Assembly (NCBI GenBank): GCA_002269645.1
Contig: NIVC01000328.1
Coordinates: 1 to 64,000 of the forward strand
Source: Macrostomum lignano
Taxonomy: Eukaryota
Length of the DNA stretch: 64,000 nt
Reading direction: 5' to 3'
Part shown: one piece after another, positions 8,500-20,938 of the stretch
Position numbering within the stretch: position 1 is the stretch's first letter
Layout: the number at the start of each line of letters is the position of its first letter
Translations under genes and position numbers: made by a program
The notes under the pieces: generated by a model
Seen by the model: the letters and a program-made list of their open reading frames with translations, nothing else
The model's database searches: none
What the model was told of the DNA's origin: nothing

Positions 8500-9332
8500 T
8501 GTCATGAATGTGTTATTATGACTGTGTGTACTTTGCTACTTTGCTACGCCGGGCCAGTCGGCCGTCCTCTCCCCCCTCCTTAGATATTTTCTGACTCACC
8601 CACCTGCACTTCTGCGCGTGCGTACCCCTCCCCTCCCTGCCTAGACCTTTTCTGTTGAGTCAACCCCCCCATGCTCTGCGTGCGACCCCCCCCCCCTGTG
8701 CGACCCCGCCCCATTATTTTGTTAGCTTTGCTGCCCCGCCCCTGTTTGTGATTGGCTGCCAGTCCCAGTCTGCCGTGCTGCGCCCCGGCGATTGGCTGGT
8801 ACAGCTCATGCGTTGCCTTGGCTGATGTCTAAGCCCCCTTTTCTGCCTTTATCCCGCGCCCTCGACCCCAGTTTGCTGCCTATTTATTCGGCCCCCTTGA
8901 GACCCCATTCTCGTCGTCTTCGTGGCTCCTCGGCGATTGTGCCAGCGTTGGTTGCTGAATTGCTATTCCTCGCAGAATTGCTAGACAAATATATAAGTAA
9001 AGAATATCGAGATCACCACTGCTCTGACGGCTCTGTTTCTTGTACGACTGAAATCGCGGCTGGTAAGCCTTCCAATTTGTACGTCATTTGGGTCTGCATC
9101 TGTACTAGGCACCTTAGAGGGATTAAGTGCGTCGTACGCCGGTCCCACCCCAAGCAGCTCTGCGTCGTACGCGAGTCTGTAGGCTGTCGTGCGTCGTACG
9201 CTCGAGCAGCCTAGTCCCGACGGACACCGCGTCGTACGCGTGTCAGTGGAGGACCGCAGCCAGGGTCAGTACACGAACCCGGGTCTGGGAAAGGGGCACG
9301 AAAGGACCGAGCCCTTGAGCCCCATCATCACA
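8500..9332 (+). repeat. 3' LTR (833 bp)
   Basis: Copy of 646-1474, differing by one substitution I could find plus six single-C indels in C runs. Confidence 0.95.
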
Positions 9333-9999
9333 GTATTGTTTAAAAAAATAGCAAGCACAAAATTGAGAGCCAAACATGGTGCAGCTATAATGTAAAATTA
9401 CAGCGTACCTGGATATAAAAACTGTTTGGGTCCAAAGCGCTCTAGGCCTAGGTTGGGCAATGTGCGTGCCTATGGCGTACACCAGAGTCTGAGTAAAAAT
9501 ATAGAACAAAGCCAAACAGGCTAAGCCAAAGCCAAAGCCAAAGCCAAACAGGCCAAACAGCCATGCAGTCCAACACAGCAGTGAAAAAATCCGCGACATA
9601 AAAAACTTTTCAGTAGTGTGAACGCGCATCATTGCTATGATTTGTTAGGATCCATGAGTCAATATCGTTCGATAAGATGTACATGTTTAAATTTACAATC
9701 AAAGTTTGTTCGACATCTAAACAGCTGGTTTATCAGTGCAAAATTAGACTTGAATAATAATAAAAATTTTATTATGAGTTTAATACACAAATAAATTATA
9801 AAAGTTGTTTTCTTTTATAGTGCATAAAATTCAATTATTATAATAATTAACGAAGTTTATATAGAATTTCTATATAAGGATTTCTAGAGTATGCACGTAC
9901 ACTAAATAAGAAGTATTTTATAGTGAAAGTTCCCAGAAAAAATGTTGAGCCTCACTCAGTTCTGCGTTCACACACTGCAGTCACAGACCAAAAAGCAAA

Positions 10000-12900
10000 C
10001 TACATGCTGCTGGCAACCCTCGCCTGCAGCATTGAGTTAGCAGCGGCCAGCACCGCGTCAGCGTCTGGACAGGCCGCCTTCACGAAGTCCATGGCCTTCT
10101 GGACCATCAGCTCCCACTGACTCTGCTGAGCTTTGAGACTGTGGCTGAGATGGGCGCAAACCAGAGCTGTGACCCAAACCGACTGGGACTGCAATGCGAT
10201 CATGGGATACTGGTTGGAGTTCTGCGATGGAATCTTCACGGCGTTTTCTCTATGGTGTGATCTCTGTGGTGTGATCTCTATGGTGTGATCTCTGTGGTGT
10301 GATCTCTATGGTGTGATCTCTGTGGTGTGATCTCTATGGTGTGATCTCTGTGGTGTGATCTCTATGGTGTGATCTCTGTGGTGTGATCTCTATGGTGTGA
10401 TCTCTGTGGTGTGATCTCTATGGTGTGATCTCTGTGGTGTGATCTCTATGGTGTGATCTCTGTGGTGTGATCTCTATGGTGTGATCTCTGTGGTGTGATC
10501 TCTATGGTGTGATCTCTGTGGTGTGATCTCTATGGTGTGATCTCTATGGTGTGATCTCTGTGGTGTGATCTCTATGGTGTGATCTCTATGGTGTGATCTC
10601 TATGGTGTGATCTCTATGGTGTGATCTCTATGGTGTGATCTCTATGGTGTAATCAGTGTGATCTCTATGGTGTGATCTCTATGGTGTGATCTCTATGGTG
10701 TAATCAGTGTGATCTCTACGGTGTGATCCATATGGTGTAATCAGTGTGATCTCTACGGTGTGATCCATATGGTGTAATCAGTGTGATCTCTACGGTGTGA
10801 TCCATATGGTGTGATGTCCATGATGTGATCGCTATGGTGTAATCTCTATGGTGCGATCTCTATGGTGTGATCTCAATGGTGTGATCTCTGTGGTGTGGTC
10901 TCTATGGTGTGATCTCTATGGTGTGATCTCTATGGTGTAATCAGTGTGATCTCTATGGTGTAATCAGTGTGATCTCTATGGTGTGATCTCTATGGTGTGA
11001 TCTCTATGGTGTGATCTCTATGATGTGATCTCTATGGTGTGATCTCTATGGTGTGATCTCTATGGTGTGATCTCTATGGTGTGATCTCTATGGTGTGATC
11101 TCTCGCTGGGATAGTTTCTGTTGTGTGTGGCTTGTGTGTACTTATAGTATCGCTTTCTATCGACTCCGTAGTTTCGTGTACTTGATGCAGTGTACACTGC
11201 CGGCACTCTACCGGGTATGTACATTGGTGTTTCGATAATATATATTGGCTTGATTACCCAGACTCTGGGTGTACGAGTTTTCGTAGGTTTCAACACATGA
11301 CTTGGCTTTATCATAACAGTTTCGGTTATGGCACAATTTTAAATTTCATTTGAGTAGCCAATCAGGATACTGCTTACAACTCCCTTCGGTGCGGACTTTG
11401 CGATCTCAACCAGGCTGATGCCCAGAAGGTCGGCAATGCTGTCGCTCGCGTCCCAGCGACCATCGAATTGCTGGGTTCCTGCGATCAGCATGACTGGATC
11501 GCTGCTGACATCGCGAGCTGTTGAAGCGCAAGAAAAAATCGCTTTCAGTTCACGCTTATTCTTGGCAGCGCGGCTGTCATCCGGCAGTGATGAAAATGCA
11601 AGATATTCCGTTTCCAAATCGTAACAATTTTCATCCGATTCATTTATAGCGGTTGCGTAATAGCCATCCACAGCTGCCATATCCATCCTGCAAGAACTCA
11701 GTGCAAGCCTGGGCTGCTCTTCCTCGCATCGAAGTCGTCTAGAGAACGTCGAAGCTTCCTTTTTCTTACCAGCACCTGCCTTTTCCTTCTTGCTACCTGC
11801 ACTTCTACTAAACAGAGAGGAAAGCGATGGAAGTCCGAACGACATGCCCTTCTTTTTCGGCTTACTCCGCGCATGCGAGTAGAACTGGTGGTCCTGGTCG
11901 GGCATCATGGACCCAACCGCACCCTCATCGTCCCAGCAGTCTTCAATAGACGGATCGTAGCAATTCGGCGATGCGGCTAGTGGCCTTTCCCCCTGCCGCT
12001 TCAGCCTTCGCTCCTCCCGCTTCAGCTCTTCATTGGCCACAGAAACTGGCCTCTTTGTCGTCCTGTCGATGCCAACAAAGGCGGTGTACGCGGAGGCCAA
12101 GTTGGTGGCCAGGCTCAGTTCGATGATGCTCCTTGTGTGCTCTCCGCCACTGTTCGAGTCGCTCCACTCCTTTAACTGCAGCCGAGCGGCCGCTCTGCGC
12201 AGCAGCTGCGACTCCTTAGCAGATTCTCCATCGTGGACGCACTCGATCTCAAAGTCTCTACCGGCAACGGAGAACTTCGCTACAGCCCGAATCGTCATTG
12301 AATTCGCGTCTGGAGACAACAGCAGAAATCGACTCAGCCGAGCTGTTATCGGAACAGCTCCACCAGCTAGTTGCGGATCGGTTGGCACGGTGCCAAGAAG
12401 CACTGACTTGCCGTCAAGTGTGGTTGCGTCAACTCTCAGGTTCTCTACAGCTGCCGACTGAGCAGTTTTCAGCTGAGCGACCACGGCGCTCCTCAGCTGC
12501 TCGGTGACTCCGTCACGGACAAAGTCCGCGCGACCTCCGCCGACTCGAGCAACGCCTTTCACCAGCGCCGTAGAAGCTCCGTGTCCGATCCCGATGGCCG
12601 ACAGTCGGCAATCGGAGCCAACAGCCCCGCACTTGCTCAGAACGAGGTCCTTCACTTGATCGGTGTTTGAGACCTCACCATCAGTCAGTAAGAAGAGCAT
12701 CAGCTGACAAGTCGGGTCCCGATTGTCAAACGACCATCTCAGCGCAGGCAAAATCTCTGTGCCACCCATGTCCGCTCGCATGGCCTCCTGCAGTCGAACA
12801 GCCTCAGCCAGGGACTGTTGAGAGTAATTCTGGCTGCTGCTGAACAGCTGGGTGAAGCTTGAGCCGAAGCTGACGACATTGAACTTGCAGCCGGAAGGAA

Positions 12901-13816
12901 GTGATTTGAGGAACAACAGGAGCGCCTCCTGTGCTGAACGAATGTTCCGGCCGCTCATCGAGCCGCTCCTGTCGACAACGATGATGAACTCCTTCTGCGC
13001 CGAGTCCCTTGCCTGGGACTCGTCTAGGAATGCCGTGAACTGCGCGATCTCCTGCCGAAGAAAGGCGGATTCGGACCCGGCGGAGCCAGTCTCCCTTGTC
13101 ATCACCGCGCCTGAGACGGGCGGCTCAAACTCGGCCACGAGCTCAATATCACAGTCGCTGCCCAGCTGCTCCACCTCGAATTCAGATCGCTCTGACAGCC
13201 ACTTCAGCTGTCCTTGGTTGCACTTGACATTGCGCAAGTTTGGAAGGCCGTTCACCTTCCCCCGAAGTTTGAGTCCCGACAGCCATGGTTGAGCAGCGGT
13301 CTGCGAAGGTCCCGAACTCGCGAACTTGTCAAGCCGACTCTCCTCAGGCTCGTATCGCGGCACGAGAACCCTTGGGATTGTGAGGCTCACTTTATCTATG
13401 CTCGGCGTCTCCAGCTCGACCACGCTGCTCATTTCGATTTTCACCTTGGCCTTGGCAGCCACATTGCCGAGGTAGCACTCCATGAGGTCGGCCGAGCCGT
13501 CCACCTCGGAGGCGAGCGCGGCCGAGTAGCCCGCATCGACAGCCGCTCTGTAGGCGGCCTTGGACTCGGTCTTCTCGCGGCACTCGCACTCGATGGTGCG
13601 ATCGTTCAACTCGGCAACCAGTCGGTACACCGAGGCCGACTCGTCAACAGGAAACTTGAACCGAACGTTGCTCAGGGTATCGGAGCTTCGATTGTGGTAC
13701 AGGAGCGAGTAGGTCACGTCAGCGTTCCAACCGATGATGCTGACCTGCACCGAGGACTCGACCAGGCTAAGGGCCGCCGATTTGCTTGCGTTGCCGTCGT
13801 AACAAAGCCAGTCCAT
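10000..13816 (-). CDS. VWA5A: VWA5A-like protein (VIT + vWA domains), 2 exons (~13816-11378 and ~10221-10000)
   Basis: VIT-like N-terminus (FKFPVDESASVYRL), MIDAS motifs DRSGSMSG, GGTEI and LTDG, and the family C-terminus WVTAL...QWELMVQKA. GTAAG donor at 11377. The exon-2 acceptor is approximate. Confidence 0.82.
10250..11104. repeat. 14-bp minisatellite (TGATCTCTRTGGTG) in the VWA5A intron
   Basis: About 60 copies, alternating A/G variants in the first part. Confidence 0.95.
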
Positions 13817-14297
13817 CTTGAGCTCTGCAGGCAAAGAGCCTTGATAGCAAACAGTTGTTGACGAGCGAGAGCGAGAGGTTGGAATAGAGAGGGGGTTGCA
13901 ATGTGCTGTATATAATGCCTGCAGGGCTTGTGAGAGGTTTGGGGTGGGCTTTGAGTGTACAGTCAAATATTTTCCTGCCCTTGTCGCAATCTGTCGCTCT
14001 ACCGAAGTACTTTTGCTACACGCATGGTCGTATGGGTGAGAAACATAAATGTCATTCATCCCTGTAAAACTGTGCATTGCAACTGCGCTCATGAAAACGT
14101 GAACAGGCCTTTGCAATTTGCAACACACATCATCTAAACTTGGGTATGCAATTCTATTTTCCCAAACTAGCAGCGTACGCAAGTTTCTATTTTTAGATAC
14201 ATGTGTCGCGGCCTTGAAACTGAACGTACGGACTGTCACTGTGATGCCAAAACATCCGAAAAAACGTCCGCCGAACATCCGTATTAAACATCCACAG

Positions 14298-14332
14298 CAG
14301 GGACAACTAAAACCTAGTTTTAGTTGTCCCTG
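14298..14332. mobile_element. 35-bp palindromic mini-insertion with an 8-bp TSD (hAT-like ends)
   Basis: CAGGGACAACTAAAAC-CTA-GTTTTAGTTGTCCCTG flanked by ATCCACAG on both sides (14290-14297 and 14333-14340). Confidence 0.7.
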
Positions 14333-14396
14333 ATCCACAGCGTGGCTATATACGCGTGTTAAAACGACCTTTTTACTAGAACATCCGTATTAAAAC

Positions 14397-14870
14397 CAAG
14401 GACCACTAGGAACACTTCGTTATATAGGACGTAACACTCTCGATTCGTGTAAAAATAGTTGAAGGCCGATTTTCGTTCTCGTATACATTAGTGATCGATA
14501 GACGAATTGCATGATTTTCAACATAATGTGCTGTTTGCAGAAGCCTAGGGCTATTAATTCCCGAAATTTTGGTTATTTACTGTTTTTTACATTACTTATG
14601 ACTGGGCTAGGCCTATAACTAAAGACTAATAGGTCTAATGTTTATCGACTGGAAACCTAAAGCTAATGTAATAAATACTTTATAGGCCTATACCTTTTTT
14701 ATTTATAATTATTTATAACCCTAACTGCCTTAACTAACTCGATTTTTATTGATTTACCTGCAAAGTGGGGGCCCATGGTATTGATAGAGATACATACATT
14801 TTAATAATCGGCCTTCAACTATTTTTGCACGATTTGCGAGTGTTGCGTCCTTCAAGTCTAGTAGTCCTTA
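14397..14870. mobile_element. P-superfamily MITE
   Basis: Termini CAAGGACCACTAG / rc TAAGGACTACTAG, ~70-bp imperfect inverted repeats, TSD ATTAAAAC/ATTAAAGC. The ends resemble those of the 16775-18384 element. Confidence 0.7.
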
Positions 14871-16332
14871 ATTAAAGCATCCGTATTGACGTCCAAACCA
14901 TTTCAAACCGATTTTGCTCTTTTTCTATAACAAAAAATACGGACGTTTTGGTAGCCAACATCCGCAACATCCGTACGAATGTTGTGCGGTTTTCCACTTC
15001 ACAGTGTATACTTATTCTGATACTGACTGACATGTACTCCATTTCAGGCAACTTTATTAACGAGAATTGCTTTTTACATGTCGAATACTGCGCCACGCTA
15101 CTGTTACGTAGTAGTTACATGTTACATGTTACGTGTTACGTGTTACGTCTTCATGTTTCGTAGTAGACAACCATGGCCCTTCTAGGGAAAAATCCTCAGT
15201 GAAAAATGCCCATTCTACGCTCGTACCTCTTTGGTGTTGAGAACGCTTAGCACTTTATCGGTGAATGCCTCCGCCTAATGAGCCCTATTTTATTTAATGT
15301 TCTCGACATGCCTACTACAGAATTCCTTCTCCGCATCTCTATCTTACCAGATGGCAAGCAATGCATGCCATTGCTACAATTTTGATTCTGCTGTAACTTT
15401 GAACTCCAAAAACAGTGTTGAGTTGAATTACGAGTTATGCACAGACAAGAAAACACTTTCTCAACAGGAGAAGCGACATCTTTGACTGAAGAATTGTCCA
15501 TGGCCAAGCTAGAAAAAGTCAAGAGGGAGAAAATACTGCAGGCATGAAAAGTTAACTCAAAGAAATTGTACTCGTGCTTCCCTAAGCTCACCACCCCAGC
15601 TGACCAAATCTACAATGCAAAGCGGTCAGACAGCGACGACAAGCAGCCAAGCACGCCTTGCGAAACTTGGGCCTCGACAGCGAATCCAGCGACTGGTCGA
15701 GCGATGAATCATTGGTCACTGCTGAGAGCGAGGGAAAGAAAGGACGGTGCCGAAAATCGAGCAGGCAATGATGGACCGGAGGAAGACAATCAGAGAATGA
15801 TGCACGTTGATTGGAGATCAGTAACTCCAGAGACCGATGCTCGAGCTAATTCTCTTCCGCAGTTCCTCGGAGCAAACGGAGTCAATCAGGGGTTCTCTGT
15901 GTCTGCAGATGTTGACAACGGCTGGATAGTAATTAGTTTCGAGCAGTTTCTACCACAGAACATACACAGAATGGCGAATCGGCAGTTCTCTATGAAAGCG
16001 AAAATAAATGCGATTGCACTACTAACGTTGTAAAGCTGATAAGTAGCTGCGATTTTTTAAACGCAAAGTTGAATGTAAAAGTTGAGCTCAAGACAGCCTT
16101 TGAAAGCTCTGAATAATCGTTTTGACGCTGCAGATGAATGCTGCGCCATCATTGTAATTAATTTGTTCAAACGGTGCGTCCGCAAAGTCATGAGCAGTAG
16201 TAACAACTGTTATAACCTCATTGCCATGTACATGTAAGCTAAAAAACAAAAGTAACAAACCTATAACAGCAGGTTAAGTTTTAGCGCTGCACGCAAGGCA
16301 GAAAATGCCAGACGCAACAGAAATAGCAAATC

Positions 16333-19300
16333 TCATGCAATCACACTCATCCTCTTGAACTTCCTCAATTGCTCATTGCAAAATGCTCGCCCGCGCTTTC
16401 TCTCCTGAGCCGCAATCCTGCGCCCATTGCACCAATGGTGCAAGCGCAGCTTCGAGAACAGCCTCGCAATGACCATCACGCATCTCTCTGAGTGCTCAGC
16501 GCAATGAGTCGCAATAATTGGCCTGATGCAACCGGCCAACAATTTGCTGATTCTGTGTGACACACCAGCATGCATGAACTCTGTCACTTCCAGCAATTTG
16601 AATTGGCGTTCCACCTCAGTGACAGCTCTGATAACTGCTCTGCTTGGGGTGGCTAAGCTGTCATCCCGCTTGCACTTCAGTCGCAGGAAGCGTGTCCGAA
16701 TTGCTTTCCCTTCAGTTCCTGCTGGAACACCTCACACTTGCACTCGGTTTTAAAGAAGCGGAACAGCAACCAACCAAGGACTACTTAAGAACACAGGACG
16801 TTACACTTGCAAATATTGGCAGAATTCTAAAAGGCCGCTTTGAATGCATGTGTCTATGGTTTTAGTGGCCTTTTTGCTTAGTAATTCGCATAGCAGCGTA
16901 GCATGATACTCATAACCCATAAGTCTACGTTAGAGCACCAAGCAGACAAGATCGCAAACAGCTCACTTTATTGTGTTCTCTGGATCTTTTATTTATTTCT
17001 TTAAATTAAATTATCAATTGAGTTATACAAGATGCCGACGAAGTGTTGCGTTCCAGGCTGCACAAGCAACTACAAAAACGGTAAAAGGTGCACCGCGTAT
17101 ATACTTTTCCGAAACAAGAGGCTGAAATTGAATCCTGGATGAAGGCTTTGCCCATTGCAGCTAAGGTAAGATAACATTTTATGCATTCTGGTATTCCCCA
17201 TTTCGTCTCGAAGCATAAATTAAATCGCTCGATTCGTATTACAGCAGGCTACTGCGTACATGGGCGTATGCCGCAAGCATTGGCCGGAGGATGCTAGAAT
17301 GAAGCAAGCCGGGCGTCACATGCGACCTATCGACCCTCCATCTGTCTTTCAAGGCTGGCCATCCAGTAGCTTACGGCTTTCTGCTTCCAGTAGGTGTATT
17401 TAATAAAAGTGCATTTGAAATGTGAGTTATCTTTTCAATGTTCCAGACTGCCTATGACACAACAACATTTTGCATTGTAGAGCGCTCAAGGGATGCCAGC
17501 CAACGAGGCGTTCTGCTTGCTGATAGAGCAGCTATTGCTGACGAGATCGTTGCATTCAATGCCGTGACGTGCGTGACGTGATGGTTCCCGTCGCAGAGAT
17601 GCTGGGATTTCAACGGCGACTTGAGCGGTACAGTCAACTAGAAGCTATTGCCAACAGAGTAAAAAACTTCCAACTGCCAGCAACCACAGCTGCAGCCGCT
17701 CATATTGAGGCACTTGCGTCCATTTTAGAAAATTCTCCCGATCCACGCCAACAGTTTCTATTGCGACAGCTTCAACTCAGTTTTGTGTCCCCTGGAGGTG
17801 CTCGCTATGATGGTAAGGACATCTTGATGGCTGCTAAAGTCTACTTTGCTGGCCGATTCGGCTATAGAATGGCAAGAGAAATAATGTGCCTTCCACATGC
17901 TAGCTTCTGCTACGTCTTCTTTCTCGGCTCCGGACAGCGTTGCGTTAACAGTTCAGTTAATGTGTTTCTGAGAATTTTCGACTCTTTTTTGGATATTGCA
18001 CTTGGCAACGAGCTACTTATAAGAATATCTCGCCGGTTTGCAAATTCCTTTTACAAGGGTTTAGTAAGAAAGGAATCTGAATCTGTGTATAGTTCCTATC
18101 ATTCAATATTGTCATTCTTGTTATTTTTGGGTATTTCTTCGTTTTTTGTTAAACTTCTACACCCTGTTCACGATCACCTTTTGGAGAAAATATAAATATT
18201 TTGTCGGTATACATGCATATAAAAAGCTTTATTCACTAGGCTTTAATTTCTATTCATGTATTATACACATTGCTTCAAATAGCAAAAAGGCCACTAAAAC
18301 CATAGACACATGCATTCAAAGCGGCCTTTTAGAATTCTGCCAATATTTTCAAGTGTAACGTCCTGTGTTCTTAAGTAGTCCTTGCAACCAACCGCCGACA
18401 TATGCGCACTTCTCGTGATCTAAGTCATCCGATGTAGCAAAGAGCTCATCACCTGCTTCCGTGAGATCTGAGTCACAAGTGTTGCCCTGCAGGTGGACTA
18501 GATCTGGAGCTTCTTGGCTCACTGCAGCCTTGGATGCTCTCTGGCTGCTGGAAACCGGTGAAATCTAGTGCCCGGCGGCCACTCGCCGGCGTAGTTGGGG
18601 CATCCGTACGCAGCGCACTGAAGCCTCGAAGCAGACGCAGTCATGCGAAAACAGTATCACAATAAGCTGCGTATTAAAACTCTAGCAGATATGCCTTCGG
18701 TATTACATGTAGCACTTTTGAAGCCAGACCTAGCTTCAGCAGCACCAGCTTGGGCCATAGAGAATGCAATATAGCAAAGACAGGCTAGCGCGATCAATAA
18801 TGCATTTGACCTGCATGCTTTCACGCCACGAGCTCGTGCTTGAACGCCCAAGGCATGCTGTCTATGGCACTAACTTAAAGCGCAGCAGAAGGCAGGGCCA
18901 GCCTTAAGGTAGTTTCTAAAAATAGCACAGTTTAGAAGGGGGTGGGTTGGTTCATCAAGCCTTCCTTGTGTCTGTGGGACAAACCCGCAATAAATGGCAA
19001 AGAATTGGTAAAGTGCCATTCAGCCTACTTAGTTTCTCTTCACAACAAGAGTAGCCAGTATAGAATATCATTCTTGTGCAAGAAATTTTCTCAAAATGCG
19101 GGATTCGCTATTCTGTGTATATTCTGTGGTTTCTACCCGATGAGTTGCTGCTTCAGATGTACATGTGGACAAACAATAGAGTTGCAACTGAATATTGCCA
19201 AGTTTCAAGAAGAACGTACTTCTACGAGTATTGATTGTTGAAATAAAAAACTTCGCTAGTTAATAAAAAAATACATTGTCCTGACGATGACCGCTTTGGT

Positions 19301-19740
19301 CTAAATGCATCGGCTCTCTACAAATGTTGGCTCTGACCTTCATTTGCCTTTTACTACTTAAGCGGTCTATTTTACCGTCCCCCATGTCAAAACAGGCTGT
19401 TCCTCTTTGATTAAAAACCAATAATTTGCTTTGTGCTTTACGAATACGAGTAGTCTCAGAGGCTCTGTCGGTGCTTCGGTCTCGTTGAACTTGGAAGGCG
19501 CGGCTACTAATATATCGATAAATAGCAATACAGCATGCACTGCTGCGAGGGAAACTCCTCATGATTTTGAAAGAGGACAATCATACTAAGAATTATCGGC
19601 GTGACGACAGAAAGCTCGAAAACTGCAGTCACTTGGAGCAAAATGCCACATCCCAGCCAGGACGGTGCGTCAACAGTCTGCAGCCAATTGGAAAGCAGAT
19701 CCTCATCAGGATTCTGAAAAGCAAATCGAGAGCACATCGA
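16333..19740 (-). pseudogene. Decayed P/THAP9-like transposase, interrupted by a nested P element
   Basis: Removing 16775-18384 and one TSD copy restores CAYVGGWLLFRF..CKCE..LATPSRAVIRAVTEVERQF..HCAEH..RLHHWC, which resembles the THAP9/P C-terminus. The upstream part is frameshifted and the boundaries are uncertain. Confidence 0.5.
16775..18384 (+). mobile_element. Internally deleted P-superfamily element (THAP domain), 1610 bp
   Basis: ~100-bp near-perfect TIRs starting CAAGGACTACT and an 8-bp TSD CAACCAAC. Spliced THAP coding region from 17032 (CCVPGC..FP..W..VCRKHW..PSVF), then ARY..VYF..GY..R..LPH, truncated at ~17900. Confidence 0.88.
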
Positions 19741-20938
19741 ACGCGGACAGCAAAGTGCGGTTGAAAAGGAACAGGCAGAATTTCGGCCAACTGCAAGTCT
19801 GCATATTCGATGTATTTCAGACTGTTTGGAAGGAGTGTGGGGGGGGGAGAGACAGAAAGTAGCGATACGGTCTGGCTTAGAGAAGTACTGATGAGGGGCG
19901 CCGGTGCAGGTAGGGAGACGGCAGCTCGCACAGGTGACAACAAATTCATGCGGAACAGACCGGAGCTGCTGCTGTCAAGCTGGAAACTGTGGAACCGCAA
20001 TGCAAATCTTAGTTTAGCGCTTGAGTCTGCTGCACGAGCGGGATAAACTACTGAAAAAAAGTAGACAGGAAGAACATTGTGCAAAAATCAACCGGGGAAA
20101 GGAGGAGCAGCCTGCATGGCCGGGACACTTCATCAGGGAGCGCCGGCCGGCATGCTGGAGAAGCGCAGAGCTCAGATGGAGAGCGGCGGAGTCTGTGCTA
20201 CAGACTCAGTACAGAATGTGACAGAAAAAAGCACGCTGAAAATGAGACTCCAAAAGGAGGAGGTGCTGCTGCGGTGCGAGTAACTAAACTGCTTCTACAA
20301 AGCTCAACAAAGACTGACGGGATAAAGCTACGGCATAATCTCCGCCTGATGAGCTGGGATTAGCGATCCCACAGCTCACGGGCAGGCGGACAAAGCAAAA
20401 TGCGAAAAAAAACTCACAATAGCCTTAGCGAGAAAGCCTAGCAAAAATAGAGTTGGAACCAAAGCTACTCACAATGCAAAGTCGCAAGCAAAGCCAGTCG
20501 AAGAGGCAAAGAAAATCGCTGCGCTAAACGGGCGGAGTCGCCGGCGCGGGCGGAGGGCCAAAATTTACAGGAAAATCAAATAGAAAATTAATGATCGAAG
20601 CGAAATGAAATTCCAGCGACATCATCGAGTTGCTGGGATAATCTGTCACCAGGAGTGCATTGTAAAACAGGAGAGAACTAAAATATTGCTCAATGACGAA
20701 GAAAATTATACGCGAGTTCGAATTCCAAAAGCCATTTGGCGCGGACTGCAACTGCAAAAACACCGCAGACAAGAGGGAGACAGCGAGACGGCAGCAGGCG
20801 AGAAGGCGGGGACAATTCAAGGTCAGTCGGAGAGGAAACTCGAGGTGCTGAAGAGTCGCTAGCAACAATTGTTGGGGCATTAACGAGTTCGGCAGTGTCT
20901 GTGGGCCGAGTGAGCTCAGCTGAGCAGTGCTCAAGCGG

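Larger units (their letters stand above)
646..9332 (+). mobile_element. Full-length Ty3/Gypsy LTR retrotransposon with an extra ORF3 (J-domain + chromodomain)
   Basis: Two ~830-bp LTRs (TGTCATGA...TCATCACA), PBS, PPT, gag with two CCHC knuckles, and pol in PR-RT-RH-IN order. Confidence 0.97.

Noticed and set aside
13817-14338. N-terminal extension of the 999-aa VWA5A ORF
   Set aside because: It starts at a non-ATG codon, has no domain similarity, and includes the palindromic insertion. The VIT domain begins just after the ATG at 13816.
19800-20080. THAP domain for the decayed host P element (FHSF-like motif)
   Set aside because: The Cys/His ligands are not recoverable, so the evidence is too weak to call.
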